Source: Promethearchaeota archaeon
GTDB lineage: Archaea > Asgardarchaeota > Heimdallarchaeia > Hodarchaeales > Hodarchaeaceae
Direction of reading: 5' to 3'
DNA length: 64,000 nt
NCBI GenBank assembly: GCA_048938105.1
Contig: JBHLMN010000020.1
Span: forward strand, 32,001-96,000
Shown: positions 1-7,969 of the stretch, one piece after another
Position numbering within the stretch: the first letter of the stretch is position 1
How the letters are laid out: each line of letters opens with the position of its first letter
Made by a program: the position numbers and the translations under genes
The notes under the pieces: generated by a model
The model's input: the letters and a program-made list of their open reading frames with translations, nothing else
Database searches by the model: none
Told to the model about the DNA's origin: nothing

Positions 1-95
1 GTTATTATCGGTGACGACATACAATAAATTGGTAGCAAAAAAAGGCATAAAATAAGAACAATCGTCCATATTTGATTTATTTCTCTGATTTTCAA
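1..95 (-). CDS. 5' part of a secreted/membrane protein running off the window edge (not in ORF track)
   Basis: Manual translation from TTG at 95: MKIREINQIWTIVLILCLFLLPIYCMSSPII..., signal-peptide-like; AAGGTGA RBS just upstream. Confidence 0.6.
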   Translation of the reverse strand, partial: MKIREINQIWTIVLILCLFLLPIYCMSSPII

Positions 96-448
96 AATAT
101 CACCTTAATATATTATTTTTTTAATGTGAATAGGTTCTATATTTCTTTCTATATAAAATAATCTAAATGAATTGACATTTACTTCAGCATAATTCGAGAA
201 TAATTGGGGATTCTTAACATCCTACTCTATTAAGACGATTAATTAAAATTGATTAGTTGTTATCACTTTCAAATGGTTGAGGAGTCGGTACCAATCCAAT
301 CTCGTAATTAACATTTTCAAGATCACTTTAATAAACTGATTAACAGTTTCACAAAGAATCTTCTTGGTTTTAGTGGAATAAAATAGAAAAATGTTTAAGA
401 TAGGTTTTTCTGCTTTGAAATTTACTGAAGCAGGAATAGGAACTAATC

Positions 449-1471
449 ATGTATGAGTTAAAATTCGATGAAAAAACATGTGAAACATGTCCAACTGCTG
501 ATTGCCTCTCTAGATGCCAATATATCGATATTGATAAAGACATAGCAAAGACAGAAATAAAGAAAATGATTTCTGGGGAAGATTCGTTTGTGTTACATGA
601 TTGTGTAACGTGTTATGCTTGCGAGGAGTACTGTAAGAGAGGTAATCACCCATTCTATTTAATCACTGATCTTCAGGAGGAAAGAGGGATTCTTCCTATG
701 CCTAAGCCCCTGAAGACCCAATTTGTCAACATATCAGTACCAACAAGAAGAGACATTATCCAATTTTATGGTGCTGAAGAACCAGTTATTTCTCTGTGCC
801 TTTTTCCTCAGTATACTCGGTTATTTAGCGAAGATAAATTCTTTGAGGAGCTCTCTATTATTATAGGACGTTACTTCTTTTGCCATCTTATGTACCTTCA
901 CTCTGGTAATCCCTCATTGATTCGAGAGAAGCTTCCAACAATAATAGAAAATATTGCAAATCACGGATTCAAAGAGGTAATTTTCTTCCATGATGAATGT
1001 TATTCAACATTAACTTCCTATGCAACAGCTTATGGTATTGAAGTTCCTTTCAAACCCATTCATTTTAATGATTTTCTTTACAATAGATTAAAGGAACAGC
1101 AAGAGAAGATACAGCCCTTAAACGCAAAAGTGGCTTTCCAACGAAATTGCTCTGCTCGTTTAACTCCAAATGTAGAGTATCTTGTTGATGACATCTTCAA
1201 TTTAATAGGAGTTGAGAGAGTGGAAAGAAAATACGACAGAGAGAATGCACTCTGTTGTGGGGGTGTGATTAGAGGCCAACAACGATATGACCTCTTTATT
1301 GATGTCCAAACGAGAAATGTTGACGATATGGTGAATGCTGGTGTTGAATATTGCGTATTTCAGTGCCCTGCTTGTTTTGATTATCTCTCGGAGAAGGTTG
1401 CGGAGAAAGGAATCAAACCGATTATGATGCATGAACTATGTCTACTTGCTTTACAAGGACGTGATAAATAA
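449..1471 (+). CDS. Fe-S binding CCG-domain protein (GlcF/HdrD-like)
   Basis: N-terminal Cys clusters (CETCPTADCLSRC, CVTCYACEEYC), CCGG and CPAC of a CCG domain; stop overlaps next start (TAATG). Confidence 0.85.
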   Translation: MYELKFDEKTCETCPTADCLSRCQYIDIDKDIAKTEIKKMISGEDSFVLHDCVTCYACEEYCKRGNHPFYLITDLQEERGILPMPKPLKTQFVNISVPTRRDIIQFYGAEEPVISLCLFPQYTRLFSEDKFFEELSIIIGRYFFCHLMYLHSGNPSLIREKLPTIIENIANHGFKEVIFFHDECYSTLTSYATAYGIEVPFKPIHFNDFLYNRLKEQQEKIQPLNAKVAFQRNCSARLTPNVEYLVDDIFNLIGVERVERKYDRENALCCGGVIRGQQRYDLFIDVQTRNVDDMVNAGVEYCVFQCPACFDYLSEKVAEKGIKPIMMHELCLLALQGRDK

Positions 1472-2850
1472 TGCAATCTATATACAATTCTTTGACCAAA
1501 ATTGTAGAGGAGGAGTTTGTTTCAAATCAAAAAGAAGAGCTTTACATCTACTCTCAAGATCCAGGAATGATGGAACCTCATGAACCAGATTTTGTTGTGA
1601 TGCCTAAAACTACAGAGGAGATCCAACAGATAGTTAAACTTGCGAACAAGGAAAAAATACCCATAGTTCCAGTGGGAGGTTCATTAAGTTTGTCTGGTTT
1701 GGTTATCCCTCATCAAGGAGGGATTGTAGTAGATTTAAGAAGAATGGATAAGGTGTTAGAGGTTAATGAAGAAAGTAGGTACATTGTATTTGAAGCTGGG
1801 TTAACTACTGGTAAATTAAAGGCTTATCTGGAAAAGCATCATCCCTTGTTACGTTTCTCGATACCTGATGCTCCTCCTTCCGCGACTGTAGTTGGAAATA
1901 TTGTAATTCATGGTCAAGGACGGTTAACTCAACAATATGGGTTTAATTCTGATCTGGTTACTGGATTGGAGGTTGTTTTGCCAACTGGAGAAGTCTGTAA
2001 GATTGGTTCTGCCTCTGTCAGTCCTTATTGGTTTTCACTTGCTCCTCTACCTGATCTGGCGGGACTTTTCTTAGGATGGTTTGGAACAACAGGTATAATT
2101 ACTAAAATGGGTCTAAAATTATTTCCTAAAAAGAAATTGAGAGACATTGAAGTATTTACAGTAGAGGATCCCAACCTAGTTCCAAATGTGATCCAAAGAG
2201 TGACTCATACTGAAATGAGCGAAGATATTTTTACTGGCGCTCAACCGTATCCACCCGTATTCAAAGATATCATAATGATAGGAATTCTTTTGACAGGAGA
2301 TTCGAAAAAGGAGTTAGAATTTAAAAGAAAGATGATTTGGAAGGCTCTCCAATGTCATATCGATAGTAAAGAGGGAGGTTTCATGATGATGACCCCAGAT
2401 GTAAAACAAGACTTGTTAGAGATGCCAACTAGTAGTACAACAAGATTTGCAGATGTAATGAAAGGGGGAGGATTTGAATACTGTGGGCCTATTATTCCAG
2501 TGGAAAAATATCCAGAAGCCTTCAGAAGATTACTTGAAATAACAAAGAAATATAGAATTACTTTTGGTAATGCAGGACGAGTCATTGGTCGAAGTCATTC
2601 CATGATGTTTTCTTTTGGTTATCCCTTCAATCGTGCTGATCCAGAAAATATTGAAAGAACGAAGAATGCGTTACATGATACAAATGTAGCAAGTTTGGAC
2701 ATCGGAGGTGTACCTTGGAAACCTGAGGTTCCTGCACAAAGAATGATCATGGAACGGATGGACAAAAATACGCTTGAACTGATGCAGCGGATAAAGAAGG
2801 TGCTTGATCCAAATGGAATCATGAATCCAGGTAATTGGGAGGTTAAATGA
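1471..2850 (+). CDS. FAD-linked oxidase/dehydrogenase, GlcD/D-lactate dehydrogenase family
   Basis: PDFVVMP..EEIQ, VPVGG.SLSG, GLEVVLPTGE, GTTGIIT, C-terminal LDPNGIMNPG. Confidence 0.9.
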   Translation: MQSIYNSLTKIVEEEFVSNQKEELYIYSQDPGMMEPHEPDFVVMPKTTEEIQQIVKLANKEKIPIVPVGGSLSLSGLVIPHQGGIVVDLRRMDKVLEVNEESRYIVFEAGLTTGKLKAYLEKHHPLLRFSIPDAPPSATVVGNIVIHGQGRLTQQYGFNSDLVTGLEVVLPTGEVCKIGSASVSPYWFSLAPLPDLAGLFLGWFGTTGIITKMGLKLFPKKKLRDIEVFTVEDPNLVPNVIQRVTHTEMSEDIFTGAQPYPPVFKDIIMIGILLTGDSKKELEFKRKMIWKALQCHIDSKEGGFMMMTPDVKQDLLEMPTSSTTRFADVMKGGGFEYCGPIIPVEKYPEAFRRLLEITKKYRITFGNAGRVIGRSHSMMFSFGYPFNRADPENIERTKNALHDTNVASLDIGGVPWKPEVPAQRMIMERMDKNTLELMQRIKKVLDPNGIMNPGNWEVK

Positions 2851-4007
2851 TGTTCAATTACGCTGATCAAATCCACAGATGTTTCAGATGCGGTTATTGT
2901 AAATTTCCTAATAATTTTAGTGATTTCAATTGTCCCTCTTATAACAGATTCCGATTTGAATCCTATTCTACAGGGGGAAGATTATGGTTGATTTGGGCTT
3001 GGGTAAAGGGGGAAATTGAGTGGTCAGAACATTTAGCAAATGTTGTATTCTCGTGTGCAGCATGTAGAAATTGTGTAGAACAGTGTCCTATGCGTTTTAA
3101 TGATGACATTGTTGATTGGATCATTAGTGCTCGAAGTGACATGGTTGAGAAGGGACTTATCCCCCCCTTAGTTGGAGAATTCTTAGATAATGTCTACAGA
3201 TATGGTAATCCTTGGGGGATGCCAAGAAATGATAGAGATTCTTGGGCTGACGGTATAAACCGATATCAGCCTGGTGATGAATACCTTTTCTATGTAGGGT
3301 GCGCTGGATCTTACGAACAACAAGGCCAGAGAATGGCTAAATCGGTTGCTGAATTTTTACAAACCGCAGGAGTTTCTTTTGGAATCCTTGGTTCAGATGA
3401 GGATTGTGATGGGAATGAAATGCTTTTCATTGGAGAGAAAGGTTTATTCCGAGAGTTAGCTGAAAAAAATGTCAAGAAATTTAGAGAACTTGGTGTAAAA
3501 AAGATCATTACACTTTCTCCTCATGCTTATAATGCAATGAAAAACAAGTATGGTAATCTTGGGGAAATCAAAGTATACCACTATACCCAGGTTTTCTCTG
3601 AAATTCTTAGAACTAGGAACCTAGAATTATATACAATCAACTCCAAAGTAACTTATCATGATCCCTGTTTCTTGGGAAGGTATAATGGGATTTATGATCC
3701 CCCAAGAAAGATAATCAAGGGTATCCCAGGAGTTGAACTCGTTGAAATGGAGAGAACTATGGAAAATTCTTTCTGTTGTGGTGGTGGAAGTGGAAATTTC
3801 GTTTTTGACCTTTTAGGAAAATCATCAGATAGCCCCAGTAGAATTCGGGTGAGAGAAGCTCATGAAACTGGAGCTGACCTCTTGATTGTGTCCTGTCCAA
3901 GTTGCTATTGTATGCTCGAAGAAGCGATAAAAACCGAAGGATTAGAGAATAAATTGATAATAAAAGATATTTCCGAGCTCGTGATAGAATCAATAAAAAA
4001 CAAATAA
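2847..4007 (+). CDS. Fe-S oxidoreductase, GlcF/HdrD family (4Fe-4S plus CCG domains)
   Basis: CFRCGYC, CAACRNCVEQCP, YVGC, TYHDPCFLGR, CCGGG, SCPSC. Confidence 0.9.
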   Translation: MMFNYADQIHRCFRCGYCKFPNNFSDFNCPSYNRFRFESYSTGGRLWLIWAWVKGEIEWSEHLANVVFSCAACRNCVEQCPMRFNDDIVDWIISARSDMVEKGLIPPLVGEFLDNVYRYGNPWGMPRNDRDSWADGINRYQPGDEYLFYVGCAGSYEQQGQRMAKSVAEFLQTAGVSFGILGSDEDCDGNEMLFIGEKGLFRELAEKNVKKFRELGVKKIITLSPHAYNAMKNKYGNLGEIKVYHYTQVFSEILRTRNLELYTINSKVTYHDPCFLGRYNGIYDPPRKIIKGIPGVELVEMERTMENSFCCGGGSGNFVFDLLGKSSDSPSRIRVREAHETGADLLIVSCPSCYCMLEEAIKTEGLENKLIIKDISELVIESIKNK

Positions 4008-4051
4008 GAAAATATTAGAATTGCAAGAATTTAGTCAAATGTGAATTTGTT

Positions 4052-5494
4052 ATGCTTCTCCAGAGAAAAAAAAAAGAATTGTCTGAAGATCCATGTCGGA
4101 ATTACAATGTCCTTTGCGGAATTGAGGAAGAATTTCTAATAATCAATGAAGATGGCACGCTAGTAAATGCTGCTGATGAATTGATGGTGAGAGCTGCTGA
4201 AATTCTGGAACGAGATTCCAAACGGTTAGATTTTCTCCAACTAAAAATTCGAGGATTGGATGCTGAACCGTCACCAAGCCAAATTGAGTATGTGACTCTT
4301 CCACTTCCACCTAAAGATATTGCAGAAGCAATGAAAGCTGGGAGGAAACTGCTTTCTGATGCAGCAACGAAATTAGGATATAGAATTTTCTCTCAGAGTA
4401 TGCATCCTATACAGAGCGATCCTCATCCCATGTGCGGAACTCATATTAACGTTTCAGCCCAAACAGGGGGATTCATGAATACGGAAGAGTTAGCTGCAGT
4501 CTATAACTATCTTTGGAATTATCTTCCTGAATTAATTGCGTTATCTGCAAACACTCCTATCTTTCAAGGATCTAAGACGAATGTCGCTAGTAATCGTATC
4601 AGTAATTCGACTGTTCTCAAACCCAATGGTCCATCTCAAATTCAGATTCCCAAACGAAATGCAGCATTAATTCCTATGCAGTACTATGGTCAAATGCGAT
4701 ATACTTTACGTATAGCAGGCGAAAACGTGAAAAAAATCATAACTAATCCGAGAGGTGAGAGGCTAGTAGATATTACTCCAAGAGGACCATTAACGAACAT
4801 AGGTGAAGATGAGGACTCCGCTCTCACAACAAACCGTGTAGAAGTGAGAATATTTGATGTTCAACAGGATCTTGAGTATCTCCTTGATCTTGTTTATCTT
4901 TGCTGTGTTTCTGCTTTACATGCGATTTACCTTTATACTACAGGAAAAATCGCTCTTGATCCTAATCACAGAACTAATGTAAAACAAGCGGTTTTTAATG
5001 GTGTTAACGCCCGATTCGTACGGAATGGTAGAGAGGAGTCCTTACAAGAAAGTGTATCTCGTTGGATAAATGAAACAGAAAAATATCAAGATATGTTAGG
5101 AATTAAGATTCGAAAACTCCCCACAATCAAGACTGATTTTCAACAGGGTGAATTAGATGTCGAATTTACGACAAGAAATATTGAAGAACTGCGACAACAA
5201 GGAAAAATGTTTGTAGTAGTTCAATTGAATAAATCACGGACGATCACTGACCAACGAGGGAGAAAATATGGTATTTCTCGTGGAACTCAGTTACAAGGAA
5301 TGTTAGATGTCGATTATAAGCTCACTTACCAAGAAAAAGATAATATCGTCACTGATTTCCAGGGAATTAAAATAATTAATACACTTGATGTCCAAGGAAT
5401 AAAAATCACCTTAGACAATAAAGATCGAGTTCTTGTTGCATTAAGTAGATCGGATTATCTGTCACGAAGCCTCTTTGGTGGATTTGGTTTTTAG
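4052..5494 (+). CDS. Glutamate--cysteine ligase family 2 (GCS2/YbdK-like carboxylate-amine ligase) with extra C-terminal domain
   Basis: GIEEEFLII, QIEYVT, GTHINVS, LIALSANTP, SNR, VEVRIFD; about 120 aa beta-rich tail; true start may be the TTG of MSEDP. Confidence 0.85.
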   Translation: MLLQRKKKELSEDPCRNYNVLCGIEEEFLIINEDGTLVNAADELMVRAAEILERDSKRLDFLQLKIRGLDAEPSPSQIEYVTLPLPPKDIAEAMKAGRKLLSDAATKLGYRIFSQSMHPIQSDPHPMCGTHINVSAQTGGFMNTEELAAVYNYLWNYLPELIALSANTPIFQGSKTNVASNRISNSTVLKPNGPSQIQIPKRNAALIPMQYYGQMRYTLRIAGENVKKIITNPRGERLVDITPRGPLTNIGEDEDSALTTNRVEVRIFDVQQDLEYLLDLVYLCCVSALHAIYLYTTGKIALDPNHRTNVKQAVFNGVNARFVRNGREESLQESVSRWINETEKYQDMLGIKIRKLPTIKTDFQQGELDVEFTTRNIEELRQQGKMFVVVQLNKSRTITDQRGRKYGISRGTQLQGMLDVDYKLTYQEKDNIVTDFQGIKIINTLDVQGIKITLDNKDRVLVALSRSDYLSRSLFGGFGF

Positions 5495-5531
5495 TAATAA
5501 AACCATTGTTAATAGAAGGTGTCACAGCGGA

Positions 5532-5912
5532 ATGAAAGAAGAGCAAAGAGAGGTTACTAACGAGAAATGTGACCAATTATTCACTTATGGAACCCTACAA
5601 TCTGGATATAGTCGAAATTATCTTCTTAGTGGATTAGAATATGAGAAAGCGATTTTAGAGGGCTATCGTAAGCTTACTCCTCCCACTCTAGGTTTTCCAT
5701 TCATACTCAAAGACAAAGAATCTAATGTTACTGGTGAAATTTATTTCCAGTTAACGCAATCTCATTGGACACAAATTGATTTAGTTGAAGGAGAAGGGTC
5801 TTTATATCATAGAGTTCTCGTAGAAGTGAAAACAATCTCAAAAGGGAGAAATTTATCGGCTTTTACTTATTACCCCTCAAAAAGGCTTATTGAGGAATAT
5901 AGTGAGAAATAA
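5532..5912 (+). CDS. Gamma-glutamylcyclotransferase (AIG2/GGACT-like)
   Basis: LFTYGTL, VTGEIY, IDLVEG (catalytic Glu), LYHR, AFTY; ATG at 5532 preferred to the track start at 5475. Confidence 0.88.
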   Translation: MKEEQREVTNEKCDQLFTYGTLQSGYSRNYLLSGLEYEKAILEGYRKLTPPTLGFPFILKDKESNVTGEIYFQLTQSHWTQIDLVEGEGSLYHRVLVEVKTISKGRNLSAFTYYPSKRLIEEYSEK

Positions 5913-5915
5913 ACA

Positions 5916-6821
5916 ATGTGCCGATTATTAAGTCTTTGGGCGAATCAAAATCACAAAAAAACTTCTAGACATTTATTGAAATATTGGTTTAATGCTTGGT
6001 TGGATTCTACGAAGAAGGATCATTACTTAAACAGAGTATATGGCGTTCCAGAAGGGAATTGTGTTCACAAGGATGGCTGGGGTATTGTAACTCTTGGAAC
6101 TGATCACGATTATAAGATAATATGGGAACACAAAAATCAAGATCTAAAACCTGCTTTCTCTTACAGAAAAAATAGTCTAGCTCGATTAGTCATAGGATCT
6201 CCTTTTCTTAGATCAACACATCAAATCTTGTTAGCTCATGCAAGAAGGGCAAGTGTAAATATGCCAGTATCCCTGCAACAAGTACAACCATTACTGATTC
6301 ATGATGAAACAAGTTCAAGAAAGGTCTTTCTTAGCCACAATGGTACCCTTAATTCAAAGATTCTCAACGATATATTATATACAGAATCACATCCAATCTC
6401 AGCTCAATTTAATAATTTCTCTGACACTCAATTGTTAAGCTGGTATATCAAACAAAATCTAGAAAATAACTCTAGTAAAAACAGTATTAAGGATTTTTGG
6501 ATTCCAATTTTTCTAGAAATTATTGATAAGCATCAAGAAGACAACGTAAATTACCAAATGCAATTAATAATTTTAGAAATAACTGAAAATAATCCACAAT
6601 TAATCATTTGTTCTGCATTAAGTGATAAATCAAAAAGATTCATGCCCTATTATCGGTTATTTTTTGGAAAGAAAGGGAAATTTAGAGTAATATGTTCTTC
6701 TACGATCGTTGATCACTTTAAAAGTAATCATAAATCTTCTAACTGGGATTTAGATCCAATATCTAACAAAACTCTTGTTAATATTACCTCTGAGGGCGAA
6801 TTCTATCATGAATTATCATAA
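5916..6821 (+). CDS. Class II glutamine amidotransferase / Ntn amidohydrolase (EgtC/DUG3/YafJ-like)
   Basis: MCRLL with Cys2 nucleophile, HKDGWG, LAHARRAS, SHNG, SDT. Confidence 0.88.
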   Translation: MCRLLSLWANQNHKKTSRHLLKYWFNAWLDSTKKDHYLNRVYGVPEGNCVHKDGWGIVTLGTDHDYKIIWEHKNQDLKPAFSYRKNSLARLVIGSPFLRSTHQILLAHARRASVNMPVSLQQVQPLLIHDETSSRKVFLSHNGTLNSKILNDILYTESHPISAQFNNFSDTQLLSWYIKQNLENNSSKNSIKDFWIPIFLEIIDKHQEDNVNYQMQLIILEITENNPQLIICSALSDKSKRFMPYYRLFFGKKGKFRVICSSTIVDHFKSNHKSSNWDLDPISNKTLVNITSEGEFYHELS

Positions 6822-6860
6822 TCAAGAGGTAAGATCCTAATTTTAAGAAAGTAGCGAATT

Positions 6861-7814
6861 TTATAGTGGAAATCTCTTCATTCGGCTGTCTACCATTTGG
6901 ATGCCATACTTAACCATTTTAGGAATCCTTCCCTCCAATCCAGTTTGAATATATATCAAACCAGCACGACAATAAAGAAATTTCATCCTGTTTTTAAAAT
7001 TCCGATCTTTAGCTCTGTTATAATTTACTAACAAATGATCCAAAAAGAATTCGCCTTCATCATAAAATATGAAGTCTCCTGCTGGATCATAAACCCCTGT
7101 TTCTTCAAAATCTATTATTCCTGTTACTTCAAACGTTTTAGGATTAACGAGAACATTCGATGTATCAAAATCTCCGTGGATAACTGTTGGTATGAAATCA
7201 AAGTTTTCTTTTTCACCTAAGAATTCGAGGAATATTTGGGATACCCAGTTTTTTTGTGTTGTATCTAGCAAGGGGTAAGCATCTTTTTGTACTTTTGTAA
7301 AATAATTTTGCCAATAACACTGATATTGAGAAGGACTATACTCCCGTTCCCTTTTCCAAGTTGTACAAATTTTCTGATAGACTTCTTCTGAATGAAGTTC
7401 TGAGAGAAATTTTCCAAGTTGCATTGCAATGCTCTCTTGATCGTTTCTAGTGGTTCTGTTAAAGCGTCTGGATAAAGATATTCCATCTATCTTTCTATAA
7501 CCGATGAAAGGATCATTTGGATCAGAAGATACGAATATAGGCTTAGGAATTTGTAGAGAAATATTCTCACTGATTAGATCTAAAATTTTTGATTCTCTCT
7601 CAATTAAATTAAGTCCTTTCTTACCACCAAAGAAAATCTTATCAGGAAATCGAAACATATACTCGCCTTTAACTTCGAACACATTATAACTTCCATGATA
7701 ATGAAATTTAACTTCATGGCGTCTAATATTCGGGAAACACGACCGTAAAATTCTCATTACTTCTGATAATGAAATATTTGGTGGATTAGTTTCTTCATAG
7801 AAATCCAAAATCAA
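6861..7814 (-). CDS. Aminoglycoside phosphotransferase (APH)/choline kinase family protein
   Basis: YMFRFP, RE..IL, IHGDFDTSNVL, GIIDFEE, DPAGDF. Confidence 0.88.
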   Translation of the reverse strand: MILDFYEETNPPNISLSEVMRILRSCFPNIRRHEVKFHYHGSYNVFEVKGEYMFRFPDKIFFGGKKGLNLIERESKILDLISENISLQIPKPIFVSSDPNDPFIGYRKIDGISLSRRFNRTTRNDQESIAMQLGKFLSELHSEEVYQKICTTWKREREYSPSQYQCYWQNYFTKVQKDAYPLLDTTQKNWVSQIFLEFLGEKENFDFIPTVIHGDFDTSNVLVNPKTFEVTGIIDFEETGVYDPAGDFIFYDEGEFFLDHLLVNYNRAKDRNFKNRMKFLYCRAGLIYIQTGLEGRIPKMVKYGIQMVDSRMKRFPL

Positions 7815-7969
7815 AACCTTTGAGAATCATAGTAAAAGTCCGATTTATATTCATACTGGTGAGACAGATAAATGAGTTATGGAATTATATTTTTTTTCGT
7901 AACATTTATATAACATAAAATTCTATAAATTTTAGTTGTTAATTTTATTTCTATCTAGGAGAAATAATT

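Noticed and set aside
4052-6821. Ergothioneine (egtA/egtC) or glutathione biosynthesis cluster
   Set aside because: No egtB, egtD, egtE or gshB in the window, and a cyclotransferase is not part of the egt pathway; cannot be excluded genome-wide
6861-7814. Antibiotic resistance island (APH here, beta-lactamase-like gene at 56157)
   Set aside because: Both are broad enzyme families, lie far apart and have no mobile context
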